A stretch of 64,000 nucleotides of DNA, from NCBI GenBank assembly GCA_964202905.1, contig CAXNJO010000008.1:33350-97349 (forward strand). The letters are read 5' to 3'. The translations under genes were made by a program, and so were the position numbers. Origin of the DNA: Polyangiales bacterium. GTDB taxonomy: Bacteria; Myxococcota_A; Polyangia; Polyangiales; JADJQN01. Shown here in pieces: positions 43,253 through 52,977 of the stretch. A model generated the notes under the pieces. It was not told the origin of the DNA, searched no databases, and worked only from the letters and a program-made list of their open reading frames with translations. The number at the start of each line of letters is the position of its first letter. Position 1 is the first letter of the stretch.

Positions 43253-44140
43253 TCATCCCGCGACGAGCGCCGCGACCTCGTCGCCTTCGAGCTCGGCGTC
43301 GTCCTCGTCGCGCACGGCCTCGAGCACGACGCCGCCATCGGGTGTGCGCACGACGAGCGCGCCCTCCGGGTCCACCCACGCCTCGCCCGGCGCGAGCGCG
43401 CGCGGCACGCGGCCCTCGGCGACGCGCGCGTGCGTGACCGTGACGAGCGCGTCCCCGAGGAGGCATGTCGCCCCCGGGGCGGGCGCCGCCGCGCGCACGA
43501 GCCGCACCACGTCGTGCGCAGGCTCGCGGAACGAGATGACGAGTTCGGACTCGGTCGGCTGCGGAGCCGGTGTCGCCAAGGCCCCGTCCTGCGGCGCGCC
43601 CGCGAGCGTCTCGCCGCGCGCAAGGCGCTGCGCGCACTCGACGAGCAGCGCGAGCGACGGGCGGTCGAGGCGTCGCGCGAGGGTCCACGCGTCGTCGTCC
43701 TCGTGCACGGCGAGGCGGCGTTGGGCGACGACGGCGCCCGTGTCGTACTCGGCCTCGAGGCGGTGGAGCGTGACGCCCGTCTCGGCGTCGCCGCTGCGGA
43801 TCGCCCAGAAATAAGGGTCCGGACCGCGCCAGCGGGGTAGCAGCGACGGATGGACGCCGAACGCGCCGCGCGGCGCGAGGGCGAGCACGGCCGCCGGGAT
43901 CCGGCGTGGCCAGAACCACGAGAGGATCACGTCCGGCGCCGCCGCGCGGAGCACGGCCTGCACCTCGGGCGCGTCGAGGTCGGGGCGCCCGAGCACGAGC
44001 CGACCGGGGCGCGCGGCGCGCGTCCGGAGCCGACGCATCCCGGGGGCGTCGAGGTGCCAGACGCCGCAGACGTCCGGCGCGAAGCCATGGCGGGCGAGGA
44101 CCGCTGCCCCGAGGGGCAGGCCGAGATAGAGCACGCGCAT
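43253..44140 (-). CDS. formyltransferase family protein (methionyl-tRNA formyltransferase-like)
   Basis: Track ORF 43253..44140. Catalytic block FGVHPSLLPRWRGPDP plus an Fmt-like C-terminal domain. N-terminus is atypical and no def gene is adjacent, so it is not called fmt. Confidence 0.8.
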   Translation of the reverse strand: MRVLYLGLPLGAAVLARHGFAPDVCGVWHLDAPGMRRLRTRAARPGRLVLGRPDLDAPEVQAVLRAAAPDVILSWFWPRRIPAAVLALAPRGAFGVHPSLLPRWRGPDPYFWAIRSGDAETGVTLHRLEAEYDTGAVVAQRRLAVHEDDDAWTLARRLDRPSLALLVECAQRLARGETLAGAPQDGALATPAPQPTESELVISFREPAHDVVRLVRAAAPAPGATCLLGDALVTVTHARVAEGRVPRALAPGEAWVDPEGALVVRTPDGGVVLEAVRDEDDAELEGDEVAALVAG

Positions 44141-44163
44141 CGCGCGTGGTATACCGCCCCGCC

Positions 44164-44574
44164 GTGACCGTCGAGAAACCTCCTCGCAAGACCATCCGCG
44201 TCGTCGCTGCCGTCGTCGAGCGCGATGGTCGCTACCTCATCACGCAGCGTCGGCCGACGGCGGTGCTCCCGCTTCTCTGGGAGTTCCCCGGCGGACGCAG
44301 CGAGGAGGGCGAGTCCGACGGTGAGGCGCTGGCGCGCGAGGTGCTCGAGCGCCTCGGCGCATCCATCGGCGTGGGGCAGCTCATCTCGTTCGTGAGCCAC
44401 CCCTACGAGAGCTACACGGTCGACTTGTACCTCTACGAGTGTCGCCTGCTGAGCGAGGCCCTCGAGGTGCGCGCCGTGAACGCATACCGCTGGGTCACGT
44501 CGTCGGAGTTCGATCAGTACCCGTTCACGCCCGCCGACGAGGCCTCGATGACCCAGCTCCTCGGAGAGCCATGA
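44164..44574 (+). CDS. NUDIX hydrolase (MutT-like)
   Basis: GTG 44164 in the frame of track ORF 43906..44574. Nudix box GGRSEEGESDGEALAREVLERLG. WEFPGG. Confidence 0.85.
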   Translation: MTVEKPPRKTIRVVAAVVERDGRYLITQRRPTAVLPLLWEFPGGRSEEGESDGEALAREVLERLGASIGVGQLISFVSHPYESYTVDLYLYECRLLSEALEVRAVNAYRWVTSSEFDQYPFTPADEASMTQLLGEP

Positions 44575-45080
44575 CCTCGCGCATCGCCTTGATTTCCCTG
44601 CTTGCGCTCGTCGGCTGCGCCCCGAGCGCGCCCGTCCCCGCTGCGGCCGAGCCCGCTCCGGCCGCGCCCGCGGTGCAGCCCGCGCCCGCCGTGCCACCGA
44701 CGGCCGCAGGCGGCCCGCGGACGTTCGGGGCACCGCTCGCCGGGGCGGCCGCGCTCACGGCGCTCACGGACATCACCGCATCGCCGGAGCGCTTCACGGA
44801 GCAGGTCGTCCGCACCGAGGGGACGATCGCGCGCGTCTGTCAGGCGATGGGGTGCTGGATGGAGCTGCAGGCCGGCGCCGCGGCCCCGGCCGTGCGTGTG
44901 CCGATGGCGGGGCACGCGTTCTTCCTGCCGAAGGACGTCGCGGGCCGTCACGCGGTGATCGAGGGGCGCGTCGCCCTGCAGGAGCTCTCCCCCGAGGCGC
45001 GCGCGCACCTCGCCTCCGAGGGGGCGGTCGCGGTCGCGTCCGCGCTCTCGATTGCCGCGACCACCGTCGTCATCGACTGA
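44571..45080 (+). CDS. DUF4920-like lipoprotein
   Basis: ATG 44571 overlaps the NUDIX stop (ATGA), in the frame of track ORF 44439..45080. Lipobox LLALVGCAP. CQAMGCWMEL core. Confidence 0.75.
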   Translation: MTSRIALISLLALVGCAPSAPVPAAAEPAPAAPAVQPAPAVPPTAAGGPRTFGAPLAGAAALTALTDITASPERFTEQVVRTEGTIARVCQAMGCWMELQAGAAAPAVRVPMAGHAFFLPKDVAGRHAVIEGRVALQELSPEARAHLASEGAVAVASALSIAATTVVID

Positions 45081-45081
45081 G

Positions 45082-45897
45082 ATGGCGAGCGCCGCGCCGT
45101 CTGCGTGCCCGAGCTGCGGGACGGCCATCCCCGGTGGCGCTGGGCAATGTCCCGGGTGCCGCAAGGTCTTCGGCGAGGACAACCGCTGCGGCGCCTGTCA
45201 TGCCGTCGCAGGGGTGTTCGCGCGTGGCGGCGCCTACGCATGCGCGGCGTGCGGCGCAGCGCGCGAGCGGCTCGCGGGGACGGTCGTGCTCGGCGGGAGC
45301 GTCCCTCCGATGGGGCCCGCGGCCGCGGTTCGCAGCGTCGCCGCGCCCGCGTCTCTCGCGGTGCCGGCGAGCCGGGGAGGCGCGGCGCGCGTGAGCGCGG
45401 TCGTGCTGCGCGTCTTCGCGGCCGGTTCGCTCTTCGGCGGCGCGGTGGGGGCTGCCCTGCTCGGCTTCCTCGTCGATGGCGCGCCCGGCGTCGCGCTCGC
45501 GGGGCTCGTCGGCGCCGCGGGGCTCGGGGTCGCGGCGCTCGCGTGGCGCGGCGGGGGGGCCCAGGCGCGCGCCGCCGCCGACGAAGAGCGCGCCGCCCGG
45601 GAACAGGCGGTGCTCGCGCTCGCCGCGCGAGAGTCGGGCGTGCTCACGGTGACGCAGACGTCGCGGGCGCTCGGCTGGTCGACGACGCTCGCCGATTCGG
45701 TGCTCACGGCGATGGCGGACGGCACGCGCGTCTCGGTCGAGATCGACGACGAGGGCGTCGTGCGCTGGCACTTCCACGAGCTCGGGGGAGGGGAGGCGCT
45801 GCGCGTCCGGGTCGCTGCGTCCGCGCTCGCCGAGGACGCGTTCGCGGACGCAGAGGCGCAGGACGTCGATGCGCGGGGCGGTGGCGCGCGTCGATGA
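45082..45897 (+). CDS. hypothetical zinc-ribbon membrane protein
   Basis: ATG 45082 in track ORF 45052..45897. CPSCGTAIPGGAGQCPGCRK...CGACH...CAACG. Gly/Ala-rich TM region. C-terminal wHTH-like LTVTQTSRALGWSTTLADSVLTAMADG. Confidence 0.6.
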   Translation: MASAAPSACPSCGTAIPGGAGQCPGCRKVFGEDNRCGACHAVAGVFARGGAYACAACGAARERLAGTVVLGGSVPPMGPAAAVRSVAAPASLAVPASRGGAARVSAVVLRVFAAGSLFGGAVGAALLGFLVDGAPGVALAGLVGAAGLGVAALAWRGGGAQARAAADEERAAREQAVLALAARESGVLTVTQTSRALGWSTTLADSVLTAMADGTRVSVEIDDEGVVRWHFHELGGGEALRVRVAASALAEDAFADAEAQDVDARGGGARR

Positions 45898-46072
45898 TCG
45901 GCGCGCGAACGCGTCCCAACGCGCGGTGGCCGGCGGGCGGAGGCGCCGCGTGTCGGACGTGCGCTGGGTTGCGCGGGGCCATGCCGCGAATCCGCGCAGG
46001 GCCCGTGACGCGGTTTCCGCGCGGCGCCGCTTCGTGTAGCCTGCGCCGTCCCCGACACCCGCGGAGTTTCAC

Positions 46073-46498
46073 ATGAGCACGATCCAGGACCGAATCATGG
46101 TGATCACCGACCTCCTGCTCGGCGCGGCCCACGCCGACGACAAGCTCGCGGGTCAGGAGGAGGCCGCGGTGCGGCGTCTGCTGAGCGGCCTGCTCGACGG
46201 CGCGTCGCTCTCCGGTGCGGTGGACGCGCGGATCAAGGCCTTCCCAGCAGGGACGTTCGATCTCGCCGCGACCGCCGCGGACTTCGTGAAGGATCCGCCG
46301 ATCCAGAAGCGCAAGCTGCTCGAGCTCGTCGCGGCGGTGAACGACGCGGATGACGTGCTCGACCTCGGCGAGGACGAGTACCTCGTCAAGCTCGCGAAGA
46401 GCCTCGGGATGGCGCCCGACGAGTACGCCGATCTCGCGCTCGACGTCGAGGTCGAGTCGCTCAAGGCCTCGCTCGAGGCGCTGCGCGCGGGAGGCTGA
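46073..46498 (+). CDS. TerB-family (tellurite-resistance TerB-like) protein
   Basis: Track ORF 46073..46498. LLLGAAHADDKLAGQEEAAVRRLL and VNDADDVLDLGEDEYLVKLAKSLGM match the paired TerB helices. Confidence 0.7.
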   Translation: MSTIQDRIMVITDLLLGAAHADDKLAGQEEAAVRRLLSGLLDGASLSGAVDARIKAFPAGTFDLAATAADFVKDPPIQKRKLLELVAAVNDADDVLDLGEDEYLVKLAKSLGMAPDEYADLALDVEVESLKASLEALRAGG

Positions 46499-46507
46499 CC
46501 GTCCGCG

Positions 46508-47092
46508 TCAGGCGAGCACCTCGCCCGTCGCCGGCGGGACCTCGCCGGGGGGCGCGGCGACGCACTGCGACAGCGCGATCACCTCGATCAGCACGACGCG
46601 GTAGACGTCGTCGAGCTGCTCGAGGTCGGCGTGCTCACCGGCGACCTCGAGCGCCTCGTGCAGATGTTGCTGCACGAAGTCGAGCACGGCGGGCTGACCC
46701 ATCGCGACGACGTCGTCGCTCTCGAGCACCTCGTCCGCGGCGTCCGCGCGGAGGGCCTCGTCGGTCTGCAGCGAATCGACGGCGGCGGAGAGTGCGTCTT
46801 CGTCGATCTCCGCGAGCCGCGTCGGGAACGCCTCGCGGAAGATGAGATACACCGCGACGACGAGGAAGTAGCCGAGGGATCGCGCGACGTCGTCCTTGCG
46901 GGCCGCGATCTCGCGCGAGAGGAAGGCGGCGAGCGCGGGGTGCTTGCGGTCGAGCTCGCGGTAGCCACGGTCGAGCGCGGGCTCGAGCCCGGTGCCTGCG
47001 TCGAGCGCGAGTTCCACGCGCTCGATGCTCGACTCGTCGACGACCGCGTGCGCGGCGACCGGTCGGATGGCGGCGCGCTGGAGGAACTGCAC
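46508..47092 (-). CDS. hypothetical acidic protein
   Basis: Track ORF 46508..47092. Coding-like composition (YFLVVAVYLIFREAFP, DVYRVVLIEVIALSQC). No family recognised. Confidence 0.6.
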   Translation of the reverse strand: MQFLQRAAIRPVAAHAVVDESSIERVELALDAGTGLEPALDRGYRELDRKHPALAAFLSREIAARKDDVARSLGYFLVVAVYLIFREAFPTRLAEIDEDALSAAVDSLQTDEALRADAADEVLESDDVVAMGQPAVLDFVQQHLHEALEVAGEHADLEQLDDVYRVVLIEVIALSQCVAAPPGEVPPATGEVLA

Positions 47093-47173
47093 GCGCCGGG
47101 CATAGCACGGGCCCGCTTCATGGGGCGCGCGGGCGCGGATGCGGGGCGTGCCGGCGCGCGGGAAGGTCCGGGC

Positions 47174-48007
47174 CTACTCGTCGTAGAACATCGGGGCGCG
47201 CTTGCGGATGAAGCGCAGGATCAGCTCGCGCGTCTCGTGGGGCAGGCCGGCGCCGAACTGCACACCGAGACCGGGCTCGGCGTCCGCCGCGAAGTCGAGG
47301 GGGTCGCGCATGAAGCGCACGAGGCCCTCGACCTTGGTCTCGAAGCCGCCGGGGAGGGTGATCGTCACGAGCACGCGCTGACCGCGCTCGAGCGCGGTGT
47401 ATGTCGCGATGAAGACGCCGCCCTCGGCGATTTCGCCGGAGAAACCGACGAAGAAGTTCGACTCGGTCGTCGCGCCGATGTTCGCCTCGAGCTCGGCGCG
47501 CGGCAGGTCGTGGCGCGCCGCGACGGGGGCGGCCGAAGGACGGTAGGGGGAGTGCGGCGCGGTCGATGCTGGGGGCTGGACGGACGCAGGCTGGGCCTGC
47601 GGCACGCCGTCGAAGCGCGGCACGGGCGCGGCCTGGGGGAACTGCGGCTGGGCGAAGTTCACCGGGGCGGGCGGCGCCTTCGAGGGTACGGCGGTGAGCG
47701 GGAAGAGCGCCGACATCACGCGCGCGATGGACTCAGTAGCCGTCGCGATGCCGGGGTGCTGCGAGCGCACCTCCTGCAAGAGCGCGAGCGTCTGGCTGAG
47801 GAAACCGAGCGCCGCGCGGACCTCCTGCTTGCCCGCCGACTCGTCGGCGGCCTTCTCCGCGTTGAACAGCGACCCGACCGCTCGGGCCATGTTCTGCGCG
47901 ACGTTCAGGATATCCTGCGGGATGTTGGGGTCACCCTGGAGCGCTGCCAGCGCCTGACCCAGGTTCTCCCTCGCTCCGCTCGCCGTGCTTGCCCCCGAGT
48001 AGCTCAT
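47174..48007 (-). CDS. PilZ-domain protein (TIGR02266-like myxobacterial paralogous family)
   Basis: ATG 48007 (MSYSGAST...) in track ORF 47174..48136. C-terminal PilZ-like block FFVGFSGEIAEGGVFIATY...VLVTITLPGG...VEGLVRFMRD...GLGVQF. Confidence 0.75.
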   Translation of the reverse strand: MSYSGASTASGARENLGQALAALQGDPNIPQDILNVAQNMARAVGSLFNAEKAADESAGKQEVRAALGFLSQTLALLQEVRSQHPGIATATESIARVMSALFPLTAVPSKAPPAPVNFAQPQFPQAAPVPRFDGVPQAQPASVQPPASTAPHSPYRPSAAPVAARHDLPRAELEANIGATTESNFFVGFSGEIAEGGVFIATYTALERGQRVLVTITLPGGFETKVEGLVRFMRDPLDFAADAEPGLGVQFGAGLPHETRELILRFIRKRAPMFYDE

Positions 48008-48180
48008 CAGTCGGTGTCTCCTGTGGTCCCGGACCCCCGCAACCGCGGGCGATGATAGCGATCGGTCGCGCGTGCGCCAACCCGAATCGCGTCGAGGCGC
48101 CCCGGCTTCTGCGGGGCAGTGCGTGCCTGCGCCCACCTCGTGTCAGCATCGGCCGGGGTGAGCAAGGTGGGATGGCGTGG

Positions 48181-48618
48181 TCAGAGCGCCCGCGTGAAGA
48201 CGATGCGCGCGCGCCCCTCGCCGGCGTACGAAGGATCCTCGTCGACCTGGAAGCCGAGCGCCTCGTGGAAGCGCACCGAGCCCTCGTTGCCGACGGTCGT
48301 GATCGCCTTGACGCGCTCGGCACCGGCACGCTGCGCGCGCTCGGCGAACTGGGCGTACAGCAGCTTGCCGACCGCGCGTCGGCGATGCTCCGGGTGGATG
48401 CCGACGAGGTGTACGTAGCCCGTGCGCGGCGTGCCGCTCGTGATGAACCCGAGCAGGAAGCCGACGAGCACGCCGTCTTCCTCGGCGATGAGCGCGTGCT
48501 CGCCGAGCTCGTAGAAGAAGACGGGGTGGGCGCGCTCTCCCGCCGGCCCGCCCCACCAGCGATCGAGGACCGACGTGATCGCGTCGAAGTCGCGCTTGGT
48601 GATGCCGCGGGTGATCAT
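48181..48618 (-). CDS. GNAT family N-acetyltransferase
   Basis: Track ORF 48181..48618. Acetyl-CoA motif A-like GIHPEHRRRAVGKLLY. NEGSVRFHEALGF. Confidence 0.85.
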   Translation of the reverse strand: MITRGITKRDFDAITSVLDRWWGGPAGERAHPVFFYELGEHALIAEEDGVLVGFLLGFITSGTPRTGYVHLVGIHPEHRRRAVGKLLYAQFAERAQRAGAERVKAITTVGNEGSVRFHEALGFQVDEDPSYAGEGRARIVFTRAL

Positions 48619-48636
48619 GACGCCCGGCGGTCGAGG

Positions 48637-48906
48637 CTACTGGAACATCGGGCCGGGGTCGATGGGGCCGTAGCGCTCCTCGTGCTGCGCGATCGTCTCG
48701 CCGAGCACGGCGTGGAAGCGCTTGGCGTGCTGCGGGGACACGAGCAGCCGCGCGAGCAGCCAGCCCGTCGCGCCCTGCACGAACGCGAAGTCGATCACGA
48801 ACGAGTCGTGGGTGCTGCCGACGTGCGCGAGGTTCGAGAAGCGGCCCTTCGCCGTCTCGTCGTCGGCCTTGATGGTGTAGGGCGGCATCGGGGGCTTGGG
48901 GTCCAT
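48637..48906 (-). CDS. DUF3467 domain-containing protein
   Basis: Track ORF 48637..48906. GRFSNLAHVGSTHDSFVIDFAFV...VSPQHAKRF pattern. Confidence 0.8.
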   Translation of the reverse strand: MDPKPPMPPYTIKADDETAKGRFSNLAHVGSTHDSFVIDFAFVQGATGWLLARLLVSPQHAKRFHAVLGETIAQHEERYGPIDPGPMFQ

Positions 48907-48926
48907 GGCGTCTCCGGGCGCGTGGT

Positions 48927-49640
48927 ATGGATCGACGCCTCGCCGTGCGCCCGCCCCCGACTGCCGTCCTCTTCTGTCCGTTCTGCCGCGAGTCGTTCGA
49001 GGGCGAGGCGCGCTGTCCCGAGCACGAGCTCGCGCTCGTCCCCTTCGAGCGGCTCCCAGGCGCCGCGAGCGCGGACGCGGTGCCGCGTGACGACGAGCGG
49101 CTCGGCACGTTCGATCTGCGCTTCGGCCGCGGGCTCGTGGGCGCGGGCGCGCTGCTCGCGATGATCGGGTTCCTCTGCCCGATGGGCACGATCACGGCAG
49201 CGGGTCAGACGCTGCTCGTCACGGGGCCCTCGATCGCCGTCACGCACGCGCCGACGCTCTGGGTGGTGCCCGGCGTCGGCGTCGCGTCGCTCCTGCTGCT
49301 CGCGCAGCGGCGCACGCTGGCGCGGATGCGCGCGATCCGGCTCGTCGTACCGCTCCTCGCGTGGGGCGTGCCGATGTCGGCGTGGTCCGCCGCGCGGCGG
49401 CTCGATCGCTGGGCGGCGCAGATGCACGTCGGCGACGCGCAGGCGGTCGCGCACCTCGGGTGGGGCCTCGCCGTGCTCGGCCTCGCGACGCTGCTCCTCA
49501 TGGTCGGGGGGCTGCGTCTCGGGGTCGTCGCGGCGCCCGCGACGCTGCCGCACGGCGCCGAGCCGGACGCGATGCGCGAGGGGATCCGCGTCGATCCGCG
49601 CGACGATCGACCCGGTGGTTCGCGGGGCGACCCGCGCTGA
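48927..49640 (+). CDS. hypothetical membrane protein with N-terminal CxxC...CPEH zinc-ribbon-like motif
   Basis: Track ORF 48927..49640. FCPFCRESFEGEARCPEHE. Four or five hydrophobic helices. Confidence 0.6.
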   Translation: MDRRLAVRPPPTAVLFCPFCRESFEGEARCPEHELALVPFERLPGAASADAVPRDDERLGTFDLRFGRGLVGAGALLAMIGFLCPMGTITAAGQTLLVTGPSIAVTHAPTLWVVPGVGVASLLLLAQRRTLARMRAIRLVVPLLAWGVPMSAWSAARRLDRWAAQMHVGDAQAVAHLGWGLAVLGLATLLLMVGGLRLGVVAAPATLPHGAEPDAMREGIRVDPRDDRPGGSRGDPR

Positions 49641-49649
49641 CGCGCTGCG

Positions 49650-51944
49650 TCAAAGCACGAGGTCGAGCCGCAGGCTGGCCTTGAGCGTCACGCTGCGCTC
49701 GCGCTCGGCGAGGCGCCCTTCGAGGTCGAACGCCTCGCGCCACACGAGGAAGAGATCGCTGCCTGGCAGGAAGCGCCAGCGCGCCCGGAGCATGGCGATC
49801 GCGGTGTCCGAGACGGTGTTGAGCTGCCCGATCAGGTCGAAGGCGAGGCGCGGCGTCGGCGCGATCGTGAGCGAGCCGTTGACGGTGAGCGTGCGCGCGG
49901 GCGGCGCGCCCGGGAGCGCGATCCACGCGGCGACGAGGCTCTCGACGAGCTTCACGTGGGGGCCGAACGACACGCTCGCGTCCGTCGAGAGCAGGTGTTG
50001 CGTGCCGCCGAAGAACGCGTTCGAGAGCTCGTAGTAGGCGCTCGCGGTGGGGTTGCGACCCGTCGGCGCCGAGACGAAGGCGCGCAACGTCGCGCCGCGG
50101 TACGTGCCCGCGTCGACCGAGAGCCCCGGCAGCAGCTCAAAGGGCGCGTCGACGACGTCCTCCTCGTAGTCGGCGCCGAGCGCGAGATCCCAGCCGCCGC
50201 GCGTCGTCAGGCCGAGATCCCAGGAGCCCTTGCTGCCGACGCGGCGCGACAGGTCTTCGCTGGCGATCAGCGTGCCGGCGAGCCCGCCGCTCCAGCTCCG
50301 CAGCCACGGCGTGAGCACGCGGTGGATGAAGGGCACGGAGAGGCGCGTCTGCGCGATGTCGCGCCGGCGCACGAAGCCGAGCTCGGGGCGGAAGTCGCGC
50401 GACACGAAGAGCGTCGAGAGCTCGGGCTGCAGGAGCTTGCCGCGGTACTTCACGGCGAGGCGCGCCGCGCTGCCCGTGCTCGCCGCGCCCGGTCCGAGCG
50501 CGTCGGGCGGCGGCGCGGGGGCCTCGCGCGCCGTGTAGGACGCGAAACCGGAGAGCTCGAGGCGCTCGTCGGCGAGCCGGACGAGCGCGTCGCCGCCGAC
50601 GGCGTAGTGGGGCTCGGGGTCGTCGGGCGTCGGCGCGTCGCGCCCGCCGAGCGGCACCCAGGTGCGCGAGCCGAACATCGCGCCGACGTAGGACGAATCG
50701 CCGAGGTTGTGCCGCACGCGCACGACGCCCTGGTTCGCCGCGGGCTGCGCGGGGGCGTCGTCGGTGAGCACGTCGAGCACGCCGAACGCGGTGCGCCCGA
50801 CGCGGCCGTAGGACTTGACGCCCGCGAGGAGCGGGATGGCGCGGCCGTCCGCGTCGAGGCCGAGGCGCCGCGTGAAGAAGAGCTGCGCGACGCCGGGCTC
50901 GCCGAACTCGAACACGTCGACGCCGGAGAGAAAGAAGGGCCGCCGCTCGGGGAAGAAGAGTGGGAAGCGGTCGAGGTTGATGCGCTGATCGTCGAGGTCG
51001 ACCTCGGCGAAGTCGGTGAGCACGGTGGCCTCGGCCCACACGTCGTCGGCGACGCGCAGGCGCACCTCGCCGCCGAGCGCGGGCGTGAAGCCGTCGCCGC
51101 GCGCGTCGCGCTGATAGCGGCCGAGCGCGAAGGGGATGAGCACGAGCGGGCGTCCCCCGCCGAGCCCGCGCACACCGTGCAGCTCGCCGTAGTGCAGCGC
51201 GGAGAACGCGCCCATCTCGGGCGGCATCGGGGTCCAGTCGTCCGTGGCGAGGCGCGCGTTGTGATCGCGCGAGATCTGCAGGCCGAGGACGCGCTCCGCG
51301 TCGCCGCGCGGCAGTCCGAGCGCGGCAGCGGGCAGGCGGAACTCGGCGGTCCAGCGCGTCGCCTCGACCGTCGTCGCGACCTCCCACACCGCGTCGAACT
51401 CACGGCGGAACGAGCGCCCGTTGTCGATGGCGACGTAGTCGAGCTGCGCGCCCTCGGGGTTCGTCACGAAGCCGACCGTGTTGCGGTGATCGTGGCGGAC
51501 GTCGAGCTTCACGCTGACGGCGTCGTCGTCGAAGATGCGGAAGTCGTCGCGACGCAGCTCGAGCGCGCGCGGTTCCTCGCCGGGCAGGAGCGCCATCTCG
51601 AGGCCGACGTAGAGCGCGTCCTCGTCGACGAGCACGCGCAGGACGGTGTCCGCGGGGGGCGCGGCGCCGGGGATGGGCGTCCGCTCGACGAAGCCCGTGC
51701 TCGCGGGCGCGTCGCGCCACGGGGCCTCGTCGAGGCGCCCGTCGATCGCGATCGGCGCGGTGCCGCGGGGGTGTGCACGCAGCACGCGTCGCGGCGCAGG
51801 GGCTTCCTGAGCGCGGGCGCCCGAGGCGACGGGCGCGAGGCAGAGCGCGGCCGCGAGGGACGCGGCGACCCACGCCGCGCGGCATGCCGAGGGGGCCGCG
51901 CGCGTCGCGTCTCGGGAGCGGGCCGCGGGCACGCGCGGGCTCAA
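49650..51944 (-). CDS. DUF5916 / carbohydrate-binding family 9-like outer-membrane-type protein
   Basis: Track ORF 49650..51944 (TTG start overlapping the ABC stop; GTG 51932 is an alternative). Signal peptide ...LCLAPVASGARAQ. N-terminal IDGRLDEAPWRDA...FVERTP...LYVG... (CBM9-like). Long beta-rich C-terminal region. Confidence 0.8.
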   Translation of the reverse strand: MSPRVPAARSRDATRAAPSACRAAWVAASLAAALCLAPVASGARAQEAPAPRRVLRAHPRGTAPIAIDGRLDEAPWRDAPASTGFVERTPIPGAAPPADTVLRVLVDEDALYVGLEMALLPGEEPRALELRRDDFRIFDDDAVSVKLDVRHDHRNTVGFVTNPEGAQLDYVAIDNGRSFRREFDAVWEVATTVEATRWTAEFRLPAAALGLPRGDAERVLGLQISRDHNARLATDDWTPMPPEMGAFSALHYGELHGVRGLGGGRPLVLIPFALGRYQRDARGDGFTPALGGEVRLRVADDVWAEATVLTDFAEVDLDDQRINLDRFPLFFPERRPFFLSGVDVFEFGEPGVAQLFFTRRLGLDADGRAIPLLAGVKSYGRVGRTAFGVLDVLTDDAPAQPAANQGVVRVRHNLGDSSYVGAMFGSRTWVPLGGRDAPTPDDPEPHYAVGGDALVRLADERLELSGFASYTAREAPAPPPDALGPGAASTGSAARLAVKYRGKLLQPELSTLFVSRDFRPELGFVRRRDIAQTRLSVPFIHRVLTPWLRSWSGGLAGTLIASEDLSRRVGSKGSWDLGLTTRGGWDLALGADYEEDVVDAPFELLPGLSVDAGTYRGATLRAFVSAPTGRNPTASAYYELSNAFFGGTQHLLSTDASVSFGPHVKLVESLVAAWIALPGAPPARTLTVNGSLTIAPTPRLAFDLIGQLNTVSDTAIAMLRARWRFLPGSDLFLVWREAFDLEGRLAERERSVTLKASLRLDLVL

Positions 51945-52873
51945 GCCTCGGGGGCCGTCGCGCCGGCCTTCTCGAGGGTCGCGAAGAAGGCGCGCTCGAG
52001 CGTCTGCACGAAGGGCGCGAGGTGCCGGATCTGCACGCCGGCCTCGAGCGCGACCGTGAGCACGAGGTCAGCGGAGGCGCCCGCGGGGACCCGCACCTCG
52101 AGCGTCGAGCCGCTGCGCGTCACCACGCAGCCCGCGAGCGAGAGCGGATGCCGCAGGCGCTCGGGGTCACCCTTCACGCGGACCTCGAAGAGGCCCGCCT
52201 CCGTCGCGACGAGGGGGGCGAGCGCGCCCGCGTAGAGGACGTCGCCCTGCGCGACGACGACGACCTGATCGCACGTCTTCTCGACGTCGGGGAGGATGTG
52301 CGTCGAGAGGATCACGCTCGCGCCGGTGCGCGCGGGGATGTCGAGGATGAGCGCGAGCATCTCGTCGCGGCCACGCGGATCGAGGCCGCTCGTGGGCTCG
52401 TCGAGGAGGAGCAGCTTGGGGTCGCCGACGAGCGCCTGCGCGAGGCGGGCCCGCTGGCGCATGCCCGTCGAGAAGCCGCCGAGCTTGCGGTAGCGCGCCT
52501 CGCCGAGCCCGACGTAGTGCAACACCTGGTGCGCGCGGCCGGTCGCCTCGCTCTGCGGGAGGCCGCACAGCTCCGCGGCGAAGGTCGCGTATTCGAGCGC
52601 GGTGAGCTCGGGCATGACGCTGTCGCCCTCGGGCATGTAGCCGATGCGCGAGCGCACCTCGAAGGGGCTCCGCGCGACGTCGAGGTCGAACACCTTGACC
52701 GAGCCGGAATCGAACGGGAGCAGCCCGAGCAGCGTCTTCAGAATCGTGCTCTTTCCCGCGCCGTTCGGGCCGAGCAGGCCGATGCGCCCGGGCTCGAGGG
52801 TCAGCGAGACCTCCTTCAACGCGCGCAGCTCGCCGTACCTCTTCTCGACGCGATCCAGCTCGACGAGCGCCAT
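51941..52873 (-). CDS. ABC transporter ATP-binding protein
   Basis: Track ORF 51941..52873. Walker A GPNGAGKST, Q-loop, signature FSTGMRQR, Walker B LLLLDEPTSGLD, H-loop STH. Confidence 0.95.
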   Translation of the reverse strand: MALVELDRVEKRYGELRALKEVSLTLEPGRIGLLGPNGAGKSTILKTLLGLLPFDSGSVKVFDLDVARSPFEVRSRIGYMPEGDSVMPELTALEYATFAAELCGLPQSEATGRAHQVLHYVGLGEARYRKLGGFSTGMRQRARLAQALVGDPKLLLLDEPTSGLDPRGRDEMLALILDIPARTGASVILSTHILPDVEKTCDQVVVVAQGDVLYAGALAPLVATEAGLFEVRVKGDPERLRHPLSLAGCVVTRSGSTLEVRVPAGASADLVLTVALEAGVQIRHLAPFVQTLERAFFATLEKAGATAPEA

Positions 52874-52977
52874 GCGCGGCCGACCCTAGCCGGGGGCGCG
52901 CGCGCGTTCAAGGAGCCCGCCGGGCACGCCGCGCCGCAAGTTTGACCGCCCGATCGTCCGGGTGGACGCTCCCAGCC

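Noticed and set aside
43253-44140. Calling the formyltransferase gene fmt.
   Set aside because: The catalytic HPSLLPRWRG block is present. However, the N-terminus is atypical and the usual def partner is absent, so the specific methionyl-tRNA role cannot be supported from sequence alone.
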